The notes: generated by a model not told the origin, from the sequence alone. 64,000 bases of DNA from Roseibacillus sp. (GCA_051251855.1 JBPOGI010000001.1:1600001-1664000); one strand, 5' to 3'. Positions 40,287 through 50,892 are shown, counted from the stretch's first letter. Numbers and translations: made by a program.

Positions 40287-40880
40287 TTAGACCACATGCA
40301 TGGGAACTGGAACCGCCACCACCTGCATTCCCGCAAGTTGTGCCGATACGATACCAGGTGCGGCATCCTCGAAGGCCACGCACTTCGTGGGGTCCACCCC
40401 AATACGCTCAGCGGCCAACAAAAATACCTCAGGGTCTGGCTTCCCAACTTTCACGTCGTCCGCGGTCACCACTTCATCGAAAAGATCAGAAAGACCGAGA
40501 ATCTGGAGAGTCCTCTCAGCGACCATCCGTGAGCCACCCGTCGCAATCGCCATGGGCACTTTTCCTCGCCAAGATTTCGCATACTCCACCACTTCTTCGT
40601 TCAAAGTCACCTTATCCAGACGCTTCATGAACGCTTCCTTCTTTGCGAAAGCGACCGTATTTGGATCAAGATTAAGACCATATTCCTCGTTCAACTGAAC
40701 CACGATATCCTTAGTCGGGCGGCCTCCCATGGCATAAAAAACGTCTTCCTTAAAAACCCCCGCAGCCCCGACCTGAGCAAGGGCCTCGCACCACGCCTCA
40801 AAATGGGCCGGCATGGAATCCACTAGGGTTCCATCCAAATCAAAAACTAATCCTTCAAAGCCGTCTGTGGGAAAATCCAT
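40287..40880 (-). CDS. HAD family phosphatase (YqaB-like)
   Basis: FDLDGTLVDS, GKPDPEVF, FEDA. Start ATG 40880. Confidence 0.9.
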   Translation of the reverse strand: MDFPTDGFEGLVFDLDGTLVDSMPAHFEAWCEALAQVGAAGVFKEDVFYAMGGRPTKDIVVQLNEEYGLNLDPNTVAFAKKEAFMKRLDKVTLNEEVVEYAKSWRGKVPMAIATGGSRMVAERTLQILGLSDLFDEVVTADDVKVGKPDPEVFLLAAERIGVDPTKCVAFEDAAPGIVSAQLAGMQVVAVPVPMHVV

Positions 40881-41025
40881 ATCTCGCAACCGCAATGGCC
40901 CAAAAGACACCAACACTTCAAGCGGATATTCAAAATTTTAGGTAACAACTTCGTCACCCCGCTCACTTTATAGAAAAAGAGAGCTCGGCCGGTGGAGTTC
41001 GGCTATTCGCAACCGTGACACTAAC

Positions 41026-42081
41026 TTAGCGCCCGAAGTCCACTTTCTGAAGCTCTCCACTAACCGCCTTCCGCTGGCCAACCCAACGAGTACGTCCTCC
41101 GGTTGGTTTCTTCTCCAAAATCCAGAAGGCCAGCACCTTACCTTCCTCGCCTGGCTCAAGTTCGCGCAGAAAGAGCTTCCCTTGGGAATAGTTATGCCCC
41201 TCTAGAAGAAACTCTCCCCGTTTCCCTCGGACAAAACGAGTATCGTGCCACTCTAGCCCCACGGACAACTCCTCAGTACCGACTAAACCCGAGTAGCTTG
41301 TCAAAGCCACATTGTAAGAAACCGGAGCAGGCTGCTTGCGAAGCTTCAGAACGATTGCCGACTCTCTCCGTCTGTCATCAAAGAAACGGCCTCGCAGGTC
41401 ACCATCTTCATCACGAACAAAACCTCGTCCGATACGTGTTCCTTCCTGCCAAGCTTCGAAGACCATACCACCCCGCTCCATCTTTCCTCCATAAAGAACA
41501 ATCGCGTCACCACGCTCGGCAAGAAAGACGCCTCTCCAAAGTTCCTCCCCTCTCCACTGACCAGCCAAGACCCCCGAAACCCCTTCGATTTCGGCCTCAA
41601 AGAGCTCAATAGGATCGGTGGTCGAGCTGTCTCCAACCTCGGACTTCCAATCACGCGCCGAACTACTTTCGGAGGCTGAACTTTCTCCCTTCTCGGCTAG
41701 GGCAGCTGCTCCTCGTCCCCCAATGCTCTCCGCTTCCAAGCGGGAGAGACAACCTTCCAAAATCCGGGTCCGATATCGTGTCAGCTCTCGCATCGTTTGA
41801 AAATAAGATTGCGGATACTTGGCTTCCCCACTGACCCCGTCCGCATCCGCTTTGGCCTGCTCTTTCACATATTGGATCCATTCATTCTGGGCCTTTCTGA
41901 ACATCTTGCCGCGCTCAGAATCTTTCCCAACGACCTTCAGTATCTCACCAAGAGTCGCCTCCATAATTTTTCTTTCAGCTTCCGCTGAGGTCGCCGCCTG
42001 CTCGTTAGGATTACTATCAGCCTGCGCCAAGAGAAGAACACTGCTTGCCAGCAAGTTAAGGAGAAGCACTTTAAAAATCAC
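41026..42081 (-). CDS. Secreted protein with N-terminal LprI/DUF1311-like domain
   Basis: Signal peptide; KAQNEWIQY...LTRYRTRIL resembles the LprI AQxxW..Y pattern. Confidence 0.6.
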   Translation of the reverse strand: MIFKVLLLNLLASSVLLLAQADSNPNEQAATSAEAERKIMEATLGEILKVVGKDSERGKMFRKAQNEWIQYVKEQAKADADGVSGEAKYPQSYFQTMRELTRYRTRILEGCLSRLEAESIGGRGAAALAEKGESSASESSSARDWKSEVGDSSTTDPIELFEAEIEGVSGVLAGQWRGEELWRGVFLAERGDAIVLYGGKMERGGMVFEAWQEGTRIGRGFVRDEDGDLRGRFFDDRRRESAIVLKLRKQPAPVSYNVALTSYSGLVGTEELSVGLEWHDTRFVRGKRGEFLLEGHNYSQGKLFLRELEPGEEGKVLAFWILEKKPTGGRTRWVGQRKAVSGELQKVDFGR

Positions 42082-42184
42082 GCTGTAGTCTTTGCGGGGA
42101 TTAATAATCAGTCAAGACCTCGCCCTGTTCGAACTTCTAAACCTCTCAACAAGATCGCCACTCCCATTCTTCATCGAAAGCGAC

Positions 42185-43165
42185 CTAACGACCGCTACGC
42201 TTATCCTTCTGGGCCTGCAACCATTGCTGGTCGGTCCTTGAGAGGTTCGACTCTTTGGTGACATAACGGGCCCCATTGGGAGCAATGAGCAGGAGTTCAC
42301 CGTTTTGATACTTTGCCAATCGGGCCAAAATCTTGAGATCATTGTTCCCTGTCCAGCGGCGGTAACCCTTCTTTTCCAGCCGCGCTTCCACTTTTTTCTG
42401 TCGCTCAGAACTCAGCACCACCCCCGTTTTCAAGAGCCCCCAGGTATACTCTGCCGACCCATTGCGATATCCTCGTACATGCTGGACTATCGAGCCATCC
42501 GCAGCGACAACGATCAGCGCAGGCGAACCGCCCACCTTGTATTGCTTTCTCAACGACTCGATATAACTTGCCTTCCTCAGGGCCAGACTCTTCTTATCCT
42601 TATCGACTGATCTCCGGTCTTTAAAATTACGATCAAGCTTGAGCCGAATAAGATTCTCTTTCGCCCATTCAGCAAAGTCCGTGCGTGCAAAGAGCTCCTT
42701 CTCCAAAACCGCCGAAGCGAGACTTCCGCCATTCCTCCCACCAGGAGTGTCCGCAAAGAAAATCAAAAGAGGTTTTGACTCCATCAAGGCTCGGTTCTTC
42801 GCCACCGTATGACTCGAATACCAATCCTTCTTCTCTTCGCCAAACAAACCTTGAATCGCAGCCTCAGAAGCCTCGACATCATCGGGATCGGTGAAAATGA
42901 TGTCTGACTCGGGCGTGAGCCCAACGACACCGCCTTGCTCAGTGCTCAGAGAGGCCGGATCCACGTCTGCATCCACCATGATATCCGCAGCGGGTTGAAT
43001 CGTCACGTTCGCGCTCCCTCCCGCCCTCAAATGACCAGGAATCTTGGGCACTTTTCCAAAAGAATCATCCTCTTTGCCTGGCTTCAGCTTCGACACGAGG
43101 CCACCCATCTGCCCACAGGAGACGAGTAAAGAGAGAGGCGCAAAGAGCAGAAAGAATCGAACCAT
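42185..43165 (-). CDS. Thioredoxin-like lipoprotein with C-terminal SHD1 domain
   Basis: Lipobox LVSC; KPLLIFF, FAEWAKENLI, YKVGGSPALIVV; RRWTGNN...LSRTDQQWL. Start ATG 43165. Confidence 0.75.
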   Translation of the reverse strand: MVRFFLLFAPLSLLVSCGQMGGLVSKLKPGKEDDSFGKVPKIPGHLRAGGSANVTIQPAADIMVDADVDPASLSTEQGGVVGLTPESDIIFTDPDDVEASEAAIQGLFGEEKKDWYSSHTVAKNRALMESKPLLIFFADTPGGRNGGSLASAVLEKELFARTDFAEWAKENLIRLKLDRNFKDRRSVDKDKKSLALRKASYIESLRKQYKVGGSPALIVVAADGSIVQHVRGYRNGSAEYTWGLLKTGVVLSSERQKKVEARLEKKGYRRWTGNNDLKILARLAKYQNGELLLIAPNGARYVTKESNLSRTDQQWLQAQKDKRSGR

Positions 43166-43294
43166 CGCGCAGAAGGCTAGCTTGCTTTCCACCCCTTGAC
43201 AATCCTGCCTCAGCCTAACTTTTCCTGTCCTCAAGACTTGGTTTCGCTTGCCTAGTCCGGCTCTTCGCGCCATGTCTCCCCCAGTATTCAAGCC

Positions 43295-44977
43295 ATGTCC
43301 GCTCTATCGCGTCTCTTCCTTCTTCTCTCCGTTGTTCTGCTCCCGACCTCACTTTCCGCTGCTGGGGGAGGACATGGCGTCGAACCCTTCTACCCCGAAG
43401 ATAAAGAACTCCACCGTGGCGCTCAATACGCAGAATTCCCTGTCCCCACCTACAAACTTCCTTCAGTGAAGAATGAAGAAGGCGTCGTGGAGGTCGGTCC
43501 CACTTTAGCTGCGCGCATCAAGGCCGATCCATTCAACCTTGTTGCCACGCTCATTTTCCTCTTCGCCATTGCCCACACCTTTATGGCGGGATGGTTCAAC
43601 AAACTCGCTCACCAAGCCGAGGTCGAGCACCATGAAAAAATCCACAAGCTCGGACTGACAGGAGCAGCGAAACCCCAAGACGACGCCCAAGACGATGTGT
43701 CATTCAAAGCGACCATGCTGCACTTCTTCGGTGAAGTAGAAGCTATCTTCGGCATCTGGATTATTGCCTTAGCAGCCGCTGCCATCGGTTTCTATGACTG
43801 GGAAGCCTTCAAGCTCTACGTCGGCCACGACCGCCAGTTCATCGAACCGGCCTTCGTCGTCATTATTATGGCCATCGCAGCCTCTCGCCCCGTTCTCCGT
43901 GCCTCAGAAAAAGTGATGGCTGCAGCCGCCAAACTAGGCCACGGCTCACCGGCAGCCTGGTGGCTCTCGGTCATGACCATTGCCCCCATTCTTGGTTCTT
44001 TCATTACCGAACCTGCAGCGATGACCATCGGGGCCCTCCTTCTTGCCAAGAAAATCTACAAGCACAAGCCCAAGGCAATCTTCGCCTACGCCACCCTCGG
44101 TCTTCTCTTCGTCAACGTTTCAGTAGGCGGAACCCTCACCCATTTTGCCGCCCCACCCGTTCTCATGGTGGCCAGCACTTGGGATTGGGACATGCCCTTC
44201 ATGTTCACCCACTTCGGCTACAAGGCCGTCATCGCCATCATCCTCGCCAACCTTCTTTTCTTCTTCAAATTCCGAGGCGAACTCACCCGACTGGCTGACT
44301 CCGCCGACGGAATCGAGGACGGCATCCAGCACCCCATCGCTTGGCACGAGCGCGAAGACCCCATCCCGGGTTGGGTCATCGGCACCCACGTATTCTTCCT
44401 CGCTTGGACTGTCTTCAACGCTCACGACCCCATTCTCTTCATCGGTGGATTCCTCTTCTTCCTCGCTTTTATCGCCGCAACCCAACATCACCAAAATGCA
44501 GTCTCCATGAAGGGGCCTCTTCTCGTCGGCTTCTTCTTGGGTGCTCTGATTATTCACGGCGGTTGTCAGGCTTGGTGGATCGAACCCATTATCGTCTCAC
44601 TCAACGACTCTCCTGGGCTGCTCATGCTAGGCTCCACCATTCTCACCGCGTTCAATGACAACGCAGCCATCACCTACCTAGCGTCGCAGGTCTCCGACAT
44701 CAGCTTTGGGGCCAAAGAAGCGGTCGTTGCAGGTGCAGTCGTCGGTGGCGGACTCACCGTCATCGCCAACGCACCCAACCCCGCTGGACAATCGATACTC
44801 TCCAAGCATTTCGAGGGAGGCATCTCTCCTCTTAAGTTACTGGCAGGCGCCATCGTCCCAACCATCATCTGCTATCTTTGCATGAGCTTCCTCCCCTCAT
44901 TGGGTGGCAGCGCAAAATATGCACCTAGCAAGCCCGTCGAGCATCACTCGAACGAGAAGGCTACCGAACCTCACTAA
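43295..44977 (+). CDS. Putative Na+/H+ antiporter family membrane protein
   Basis: Many TM helices; LGSFITEPAAMT, NVSVGGTLTHFAAPPVLMVA, GGGLTVIANAPNPAG. Confidence 0.8.
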   Translation: MSALSRLFLLLSVVLLPTSLSAAGGGHGVEPFYPEDKELHRGAQYAEFPVPTYKLPSVKNEEGVVEVGPTLAARIKADPFNLVATLIFLFAIAHTFMAGWFNKLAHQAEVEHHEKIHKLGLTGAAKPQDDAQDDVSFKATMLHFFGEVEAIFGIWIIALAAAAIGFYDWEAFKLYVGHDRQFIEPAFVVIIMAIAASRPVLRASEKVMAAAAKLGHGSPAAWWLSVMTIAPILGSFITEPAAMTIGALLLAKKIYKHKPKAIFAYATLGLLFVNVSVGGTLTHFAAPPVLMVASTWDWDMPFMFTHFGYKAVIAIILANLLFFFKFRGELTRLADSADGIEDGIQHPIAWHEREDPIPGWVIGTHVFFLAWTVFNAHDPILFIGGFLFFLAFIAATQHHQNAVSMKGPLLVGFFLGALIIHGGCQAWWIEPIIVSLNDSPGLLMLGSTILTAFNDNAAITYLASQVSDISFGAKEAVVAGAVVGGGLTVIANAPNPAGQSILSKHFEGGISPLKLLAGAIVPTIICYLCMSFLPSLGGSAKYAPSKPVEHHSNEKATEPH

Positions 44978-44981
44978 TTCT

Positions 44982-45590
44982 ATGTTTACCGGTCTCGTTG
45001 AAGCAGTTGGCATGGTCTCTAGCCTTGTCGAAAAAGGTGAACAAGCACGCCTCACTGTCAACCTCCCCTTTGCCAGCGAGCTCACTCTCGGGGACTCCGT
45101 CGCCATCAACGGCTGCTGCCTCACCGTCACTCAAGTCTCCATCTTCGAAGCCTCCTTCGACATTCTCGCTCAGACCCTCAAGGTTACCTCGCTAGGCCAA
45201 CTCGAGGAAGGCTCGCAAGTCAACCTCGAGCGCGCGCTGCGCGTCGGTGACCGCTTGGGTGGACACTTCGTTCAAGGCCATGTCGACGCCGTGGGCGAGA
45301 TTCTCGACTGGTCCCAGCACGGTCAAGACCACCGCCTCGAAGTCAGCCTCCCAGCCGACCTTCATTCTCTTTGCATCCCCAAGGGCTCTCTCGCCATCGA
45401 CGGCATCTCCCTGACCCTGGCCGAATTAAACGCGCAATCGGCGGTTTGTTGGATCACTCCTCACACCGCTGTCGCCACCCATCTCGAAACCGCCAAAGTC
45501 GGCCAGAAGGTAAACTTAGAGGCCGACTTGCTGGCAAAATATGTCCGCCAGCAGCTGCCATCGCTTCCATCGACTAAAACGACGAAGTAG
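44982..45590 (+). CDS. ribE: Riboflavin synthase (alpha chain)
   Basis: MFTGLVE start, GDSVAINGCCLTV, VNLERAL, GGHFVQGHVD. Confidence 0.95.
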   Translation: MFTGLVEAVGMVSSLVEKGEQARLTVNLPFASELTLGDSVAINGCCLTVTQVSIFEASFDILAQTLKVTSLGQLEEGSQVNLERALRVGDRLGGHFVQGHVDAVGEILDWSQHGQDHRLEVSLPADLHSLCIPKGSLAIDGISLTLAELNAQSAVCWITPHTAVATHLETAKVGQKVNLEADLLAKYVRQQLPSLPSTKTTK

Positions 45591-45642
45591 TCAAAAAAAT
45601 CGATTCGCCCTTTTGCCCAAGCCTGCCTTTAATAGGGCTTAC

Positions 45643-47796
45643 ATGAGCACCGCCAACGTCGAAATCATAGGAGCAGATCGATTGCCTTCTACCGGAACTA
45701 TCCTCATTCCGGGCAGCCTCAATCTCCCTCAGCTCCTCGCCCTGGAATCAAAGCTTTCCGACCGGAACGTCACCTTCTTGGCGGAGGAATCTCTCACCCT
45801 CGACCCCGAGGTCCAAAAGTACTTGGACCGACCTAAGGTCAGCGGCGCCGCTTTCTCACGCACCGACAACCCCGCGTCCGTCAAAGGCGCACTCGCACAA
45901 GGACTCGCTGATAATGGAATCGTCCTCTTCGTGCCCGGAGTCGCCAACGCCCGCCCTGGCACCCCCACCCTCGTTCCTTCCGACATCCTCAAATTTCTCT
46001 GTCAATTGGACCTCGGCGTCACCCCCGTTGCCATCCACGTTCCCGCCGAATGCAAGCTCAGCATCGAATCCGCTAGCTCACTCCCCGATGCCATTCTCAC
46101 CTTCGGCGTCCCCATGGCCGCGGGCGAAGCCAGTTTAGCGGCCTATCAAGAGTCACTTTTCGAAGCCTCGGAAGCAGCCTTCTCCAGCAGAGAGTTCCTC
46201 AATGGCTCTCTCTCCGTCGCACTTCTCAAAGGCCTCAAGCGCCACGCCAATACCACCGTCTTGCACGACGGAACCGACGACTCCGAACTTCCCTTCTCCA
46301 AAATTCTCGGAGTCTCAATCGCTCTCTCCAAAGAAATCACGAAAGCAACCAAAAAGAAGCGCGTCGGCATCCTACTCCCTCCCGGCAAAGGAGGCATGAT
46401 TGCCAACCTCGCCGTCCTTTTCGCCAACAAAGTCCCCGTCAACCTCAACTTCACCGCCTCTCAGGAGGCAGTAAAGTCCTCCATCAAGCAGGCTGACATC
46501 GACAAATTTATCACTGCCGACCCCTTTGTTAGAAAAGTCTCCTCCTTTCCTTGGCCACCCAATCGCGACCTCATCTTTATCGAGCGGACTCTCCCCCTCA
46601 TCAAGAAGCACATCATCAAGTGGGTTCTTCTTTCCAAAGTCCTCCCCGCAGAAGCACTCATCAAGATGCTCGGTCTCGGGCAGGAATGCGGCGACGACGA
46701 AGCCATCCTTCTCTTCACCTCTGGTTCATCTGGCGAGCCCAAAGGCGTCCCCCTCTCGCATCGCAACCTCTTAGGCAACGTCTGCCAATTCTCCAGTCGC
46801 ATCAGCATTCCTAGCGACTCCAAAATTCTCGGCTGCCTCCCTCTCTTTCATTCATTTGGCTGCACCGTCACCCTCTGGTATCCCGTCATCGAAGGACTCA
46901 ACCTCGTCACCTACCCTTCCCCTCTCGAAACCAAGAGACTTGCCGAGCTCATTCACGATCACAACATTCCCCTCTTTCTCTCCACCCCCACCTTCCTGCG
47001 AGGCTACCTCAGGCGCATCAAACCCGAGCAACTCGCCCCTCTCAAACTCGTCATTACCGGCGCCGAGAAACTCCCCGAGTCCCTTGCCGACTCTTTCGAG
47101 GAAAAATTCGGCATCCGTCCCCTCGAAGGTTACGGCCTCACCGAAACTTCCCCCGCCACCAACGTCAACCTTCCGCCATTGGAAGATCGCGAAGGTCTCA
47201 CTCCAGTTACCAGCAGCCGAGGAGGCTCAGTCGGACATCTCCTCCCCGGCATCGCCGCGCGCATTACAGACCCTTCCACCGGCGCTCCATTGCCTCTCGA
47301 TCAATCAGGAATTCTCTGGCTGCGCGGCCCCAACATCTTCCCCGGCTACCTCAATCGTGACGATCTCACCGAAAGCGTCTTTGAGGAAGGTTGGTTCAAG
47401 ACCAACGACGTCGCCCGCTTCGACGAAGACGGCTTCCTTTACATCGAAGGCCGCATGTCCCGCTTCTCCAAGATTGCCGGCGAAATGGTTCCCCATGAAG
47501 TCGTAGAGGCAGCCGTCGACAAGGCTCTTGGCTACGATAAAGAAGACACTCGCAAAGTCGCTGTCGTTAGCATCCCCGACGAGGCCAAGGGCGAAGGCAT
47601 CGGCCTCCTCTCCACCGTCGCGAGCGACATGCTCGAACAAGACGTCATCGACCTTCGCTACAAGCTCCTCGACGCCGGACTCCCCTCACTCTGGTGCCCC
47701 AAAGTCATCATTCCCGTCCCCGAGATTCCCGTCCTCGCCTCCGGCAAACTTGACCTCAAAGCCTGCCAAGCCATTGGACAGGCTCACAAGAGTTAA
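45643..47796 (+). CDS. Aas-like acyl-ACP synthetase (AMP-binding) with degenerate acyltransferase N-domain
   Basis: FTSGSSGEPKGV, LPLFHSFG, EGYGLTE, RFSKIAGEMV, LASGKLD. Start ATG 45643. Confidence 0.85.
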   Translation: MSTANVEIIGADRLPSTGTILIPGSLNLPQLLALESKLSDRNVTFLAEESLTLDPEVQKYLDRPKVSGAAFSRTDNPASVKGALAQGLADNGIVLFVPGVANARPGTPTLVPSDILKFLCQLDLGVTPVAIHVPAECKLSIESASSLPDAILTFGVPMAAGEASLAAYQESLFEASEAAFSSREFLNGSLSVALLKGLKRHANTTVLHDGTDDSELPFSKILGVSIALSKEITKATKKKRVGILLPPGKGGMIANLAVLFANKVPVNLNFTASQEAVKSSIKQADIDKFITADPFVRKVSSFPWPPNRDLIFIERTLPLIKKHIIKWVLLSKVLPAEALIKMLGLGQECGDDEAILLFTSGSSGEPKGVPLSHRNLLGNVCQFSSRISIPSDSKILGCLPLFHSFGCTVTLWYPVIEGLNLVTYPSPLETKRLAELIHDHNIPLFLSTPTFLRGYLRRIKPEQLAPLKLVITGAEKLPESLADSFEEKFGIRPLEGYGLTETSPATNVNLPPLEDREGLTPVTSSRGGSVGHLLPGIAARITDPSTGAPLPLDQSGILWLRGPNIFPGYLNRDDLTESVFEEGWFKTNDVARFDEDGFLYIEGRMSRFSKIAGEMVPHEVVEAAVDKALGYDKEDTRKVAVVSIPDEAKGEGIGLLSTVASDMLEQDVIDLRYKLLDAGLPSLWCPKVIIPVPEIPVLASGKLDLKACQAIGQAHKS

Positions 47797-48725
47797 TGAC
47801 CCGCTTCGACCGTTTCATGCAAGCCGCCCTCTATCATCCCGAGCGCGGCTACTACACGTCCCGCATTAAGGCGGTCGGCACGCGAGGCGACTTCACCACC
47901 ACTCCTCAACTCTCCGACATCCTCGGCAAGGCAATCGCACATTCCTTCCTTGAATCAGGGCTACGTCACCTCATCGAAATCGGCCCTGGCACGGGCCTCC
48001 TTGCCAAGCAAGTTTGCCAGCGACTCCCTTTCCTAACAAAACTTAAGACCCAACAACACCTCGTCGAAGTCTCCCCTCCGTTGCGTATCCTTCAGAAGGA
48101 GAACAACCCCAAAGCGCACCATCACGAGTCCATCCAAGACGCCCTCAAAGCAGCGAAGGGAGAGGCCTTCATCTACTCCAACGAACTCGTCGACGCCTTT
48201 CCGGCCCGTATTTTTCGCAAAGACAAATCAGGCTGGTCCGAACTGCACCTCTCCGGTGCACAACCTCACCTTGAAGAACACTTTCTTCCCGTCGAAAGCC
48301 TCCCCGACTCCCAGCTCTTTCAAGAAGACCACCCCCTCCACCAAAGAATCGAAATCCACGAAAGCTACCACCAGTGGCTCAGCACCTGGCTTCCAGATCT
48401 CACCAAAGGACAACTTCTCACTGTCGACTATATGGCCCCTACTCCACGTCTCCTGTCTGGAACCCTCCGCGGCTACTTTCTACAAGACCGTCTCACGGGT
48501 CCCAATCTTTACCAAAACGCAGGACACATCGACCTCACCACCGACGTCCACTTCGACGACCTCGAGCACTGGGGAAAGGCACTTGGCCTTGCCACCCTCA
48601 CCCGAACCAACCAACACGAATTCCTCACCCCCTTCTCAAACAAATCACACCCGGAAAACTACCTCACCGAACCCAGCGGAGCAGGCAACGCTTTCGGAGT
48701 CCTCCTCCAATCCCATTCCAAATAA
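47796..48725 (+). CDS. SAM-dependent methyltransferase, MidA/NDUFAF7 family
   Basis: FMQAALYHPERGYY, GDFTT, EIGPGTG, SNELVDAFP, DLTTDVHF. Confidence 0.88.
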   Translation: MTRFDRFMQAALYHPERGYYTSRIKAVGTRGDFTTTPQLSDILGKAIAHSFLESGLRHLIEIGPGTGLLAKQVCQRLPFLTKLKTQQHLVEVSPPLRILQKENNPKAHHHESIQDALKAAKGEAFIYSNELVDAFPARIFRKDKSGWSELHLSGAQPHLEEHFLPVESLPDSQLFQEDHPLHQRIEIHESYHQWLSTWLPDLTKGQLLTVDYMAPTPRLLSGTLRGYFLQDRLTGPNLYQNAGHIDLTTDVHFDDLEHWGKALGLATLTRTNQHEFLTPFSNKSHPENYLTEPSGAGNAFGVLLQSHSK

Positions 48726-48773
48726 GGAATAACAACCCGCTGTCTAAATCCCCAACCCCTCCAAACCTCACCA

Positions 48774-49493
48774 ATGAAAACTCTCCTTCTCATTCTTCTC
48801 TCTGCCCTTCCAACCCTGGCCTTCGAACTTCCCAAAGACTCCACCCAAGCCATCGTTGGCATCGCCAGTGGTTGGGACTCATCTCACGTCACCCTTCATC
48901 GCTATGAAAAAGACGCCCAAGGAGCCTGGCACCTTGTCTCTCAGCCTTGGAAAGGCCGCCTCGGCTCCAGCGGAATAGCTTGGGGCCGCGGACTTCATCC
49001 GGTTCCCACCGGAGCAAAAATGAAAAAGGAAGGCGACCGCCGAGCACCCGCCGGGGTCTATACTCTCGGCGGAGCTTGGGCCTACAACGCCGCGATACCC
49101 CACCATCCCAACCTGCCCTTCAGCAAGATCACCACTCGTGACCTATGGGTCGAAGACGTCACTTCGAAGTATTACAACCAGCACGTTCGTCTCGATCACG
49201 AGCCCTCCGCGGCATGGGAAAAAAAAGCCCAGATGCGCCAAAACGACCAAGCGCATTCCATCAAGCTCTTCATCAATCACAACGCACCTAAAGTCGTCCC
49301 CGGCGGCGGGTCTTCAATCTTCTTCCACATATGGCGCGGCGGCGGGTCCAAAGCCACCTTCGGCTGCACCACCATGCATGAGAACGAACTCAAAGCCCTC
49401 ATCAAGTGGGTAGACCCCAAACGGAACCCCGTCTACATCCTCCTCCCCCAAAGCGAATACATGGCCAAGCGCCTCCAGTGGAAACTACCCTAA
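48774..49493 (+). CDS. L,D-transpeptidase (YkuD) family protein
   Basis: Signal peptide; KKEGDRRAPAG, GSSIFFHIW..TFGC. Confidence 0.85.
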   Translation: MKTLLLILLSALPTLAFELPKDSTQAIVGIASGWDSSHVTLHRYEKDAQGAWHLVSQPWKGRLGSSGIAWGRGLHPVPTGAKMKKEGDRRAPAGVYTLGGAWAYNAAIPHHPNLPFSKITTRDLWVEDVTSKYYNQHVRLDHEPSAAWEKKAQMRQNDQAHSIKLFINHNAPKVVPGGGSSIFFHIWRGGGSKATFGCTTMHENELKALIKWVDPKRNPVYILLPQSEYMAKRLQWKLP

Positions 49494-50704
49494 GCCCCTG
49501 CCAACATCCGTTGTTGCCACCACTCCCCCGCGCTCATTTCAGGCGGAGTACAAAGACGCTCCAGACAAGCGTGCCACTCATCCTCTCCCTCAATAATCTC
49601 CACTTCAATCCTGAGGAAGTAGAGCGGCACACTATCTTCCGTCGGACGAGGAAACCGAACCGCATCCTTCTCAGTGGTCACAATGAAATCAACATCACGC
49701 TTCAGCGCTCGCTCAAAAACCGCATCGACATCCTTTTGCGGAAAAACCTGATGGTCTCCAAAAGTGCGGTGAAACATCACCTCCGCTCCCAACTCCGTGA
49801 GTAAACGTTCAAAACTCTCGGGCACCGCAATGCCACTCATTGCCGCCACATACTTTCCCTTCAACTCCGAAAGCTCCATCCGCTCTCCTGTCTCAAAAAC
49901 CTTTTCCAAGTGCTGCGGCGCATGGCGTGTCTGAATAATGGGTGCCGTCTTGTTGTGCTTTTGTAAGCGAGTAATCTGAGCCTCACTCAAAGGCTGAGCA
50001 CAACGCGTCACAAAGATGTAATTCGCCCGACTCAGATTCGAGGGCGGCTCCCGCAACGTCCCGCGAGGAATCAATGCCTCCGTTCCGAAAGGCCGCTCCG
50101 CATCCACCAGCACCACATCGATGGCATGGTCCAACTTCAAATACTGCAACCCGTCATCTAACAGCAAGATATCAGCCTCCAATTCCTTCACCGCAAAACG
50201 CCCCCCCTTCACCCGATCTCGATCCACCACCACTCCCACCCCTGGCAAAAGATTTTTCGCCAACATGTAGGGTTCATCCCCCGCATACTCCACCGGCAGC
50301 CGTAAGCGCTCGCCATCACTCACCACCTTCGGAAAATCTCCCGGCTCCTCCTCGCGCTGCCCTCGCCAAACCTGCCGCTCCTCCAGCTTTCGACTCTTAT
50401 ACCCTCGACTCAAAATCACCGGATTGCGCCCTCGCTCGCGCAATGCCTTGCAAAAAAACTCCACCACCGGCGTCTTCCCCGTCCCACCCATCGTCAAATT
50501 GCCGATACTCACCACCTTCACCCCCAGCAAAGCCTGCTTCTTCAGTCCGGCCCGAAACAAGAGAAGCCGCGCCCTCACCACCAAAGCAAAAATCCACGAA
50601 ATGCCCCGAAACACCAAGCGAGCCACCCCCGCCCAAAATCCCCTCTCACGCCCAAAAATGACGTCAGCTCCCCACTTCTCTAAATCTTGCCCAAGGCTCG
50701 ACAC
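49490..50704 (-). CDS. lpxK: Tetraacyldisaccharide 4'-kinase
   Basis: SIGNLTMGGTGKTP, SRGY, GDEP, LDDGLQ, LREP, TTEKDAV. Start uncertain (track 50773; GTG 50704 chosen). Confidence 0.92.
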   Translation of the reverse strand: MSSLGQDLEKWGADVIFGRERGFWAGVARLVFRGISWIFALVVRARLLLFRAGLKKQALLGVKVVSIGNLTMGGTGKTPVVEFFCKALRERGRNPVILSRGYKSRKLEERQVWRGQREEEPGDFPKVVSDGERLRLPVEYAGDEPYMLAKNLLPGVGVVVDRDRVKGGRFAVKELEADILLLDDGLQYLKLDHAIDVVLVDAERPFGTEALIPRGTLREPPSNLSRANYIFVTRCAQPLSEAQITRLQKHNKTAPIIQTRHAPQHLEKVFETGERMELSELKGKYVAAMSGIAVPESFERLLTELGAEVMFHRTFGDHQVFPQKDVDAVFERALKRDVDFIVTTEKDAVRFPRPTEDSVPLYFLRIEVEIIEGEDEWHACLERLCTPPEMSAGEWWQQRMLAGA

Positions 50705-50892
50705 CCCAATAGCAAACACAGGAAAGCCCCCCAACGGAACTCTCAATTCTGACCGCCAAGTAACAACCCACACAATTCATAGCCATTTTGGGCCTCCTTT
50801 TCCCATCCCAGAATGCGACTTTGAGAGCTGCCGCCCCCCCCAATCGTTTTCTCTTGTCTGAATTCCCCAAAACTTAACACTTAGATTAGCTT

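Noticed and set aside
44904..44981. FMN riboswitch before riboflavin synthase
   Set aside because: Only 4 nt separate it from the antiporter stop codon.
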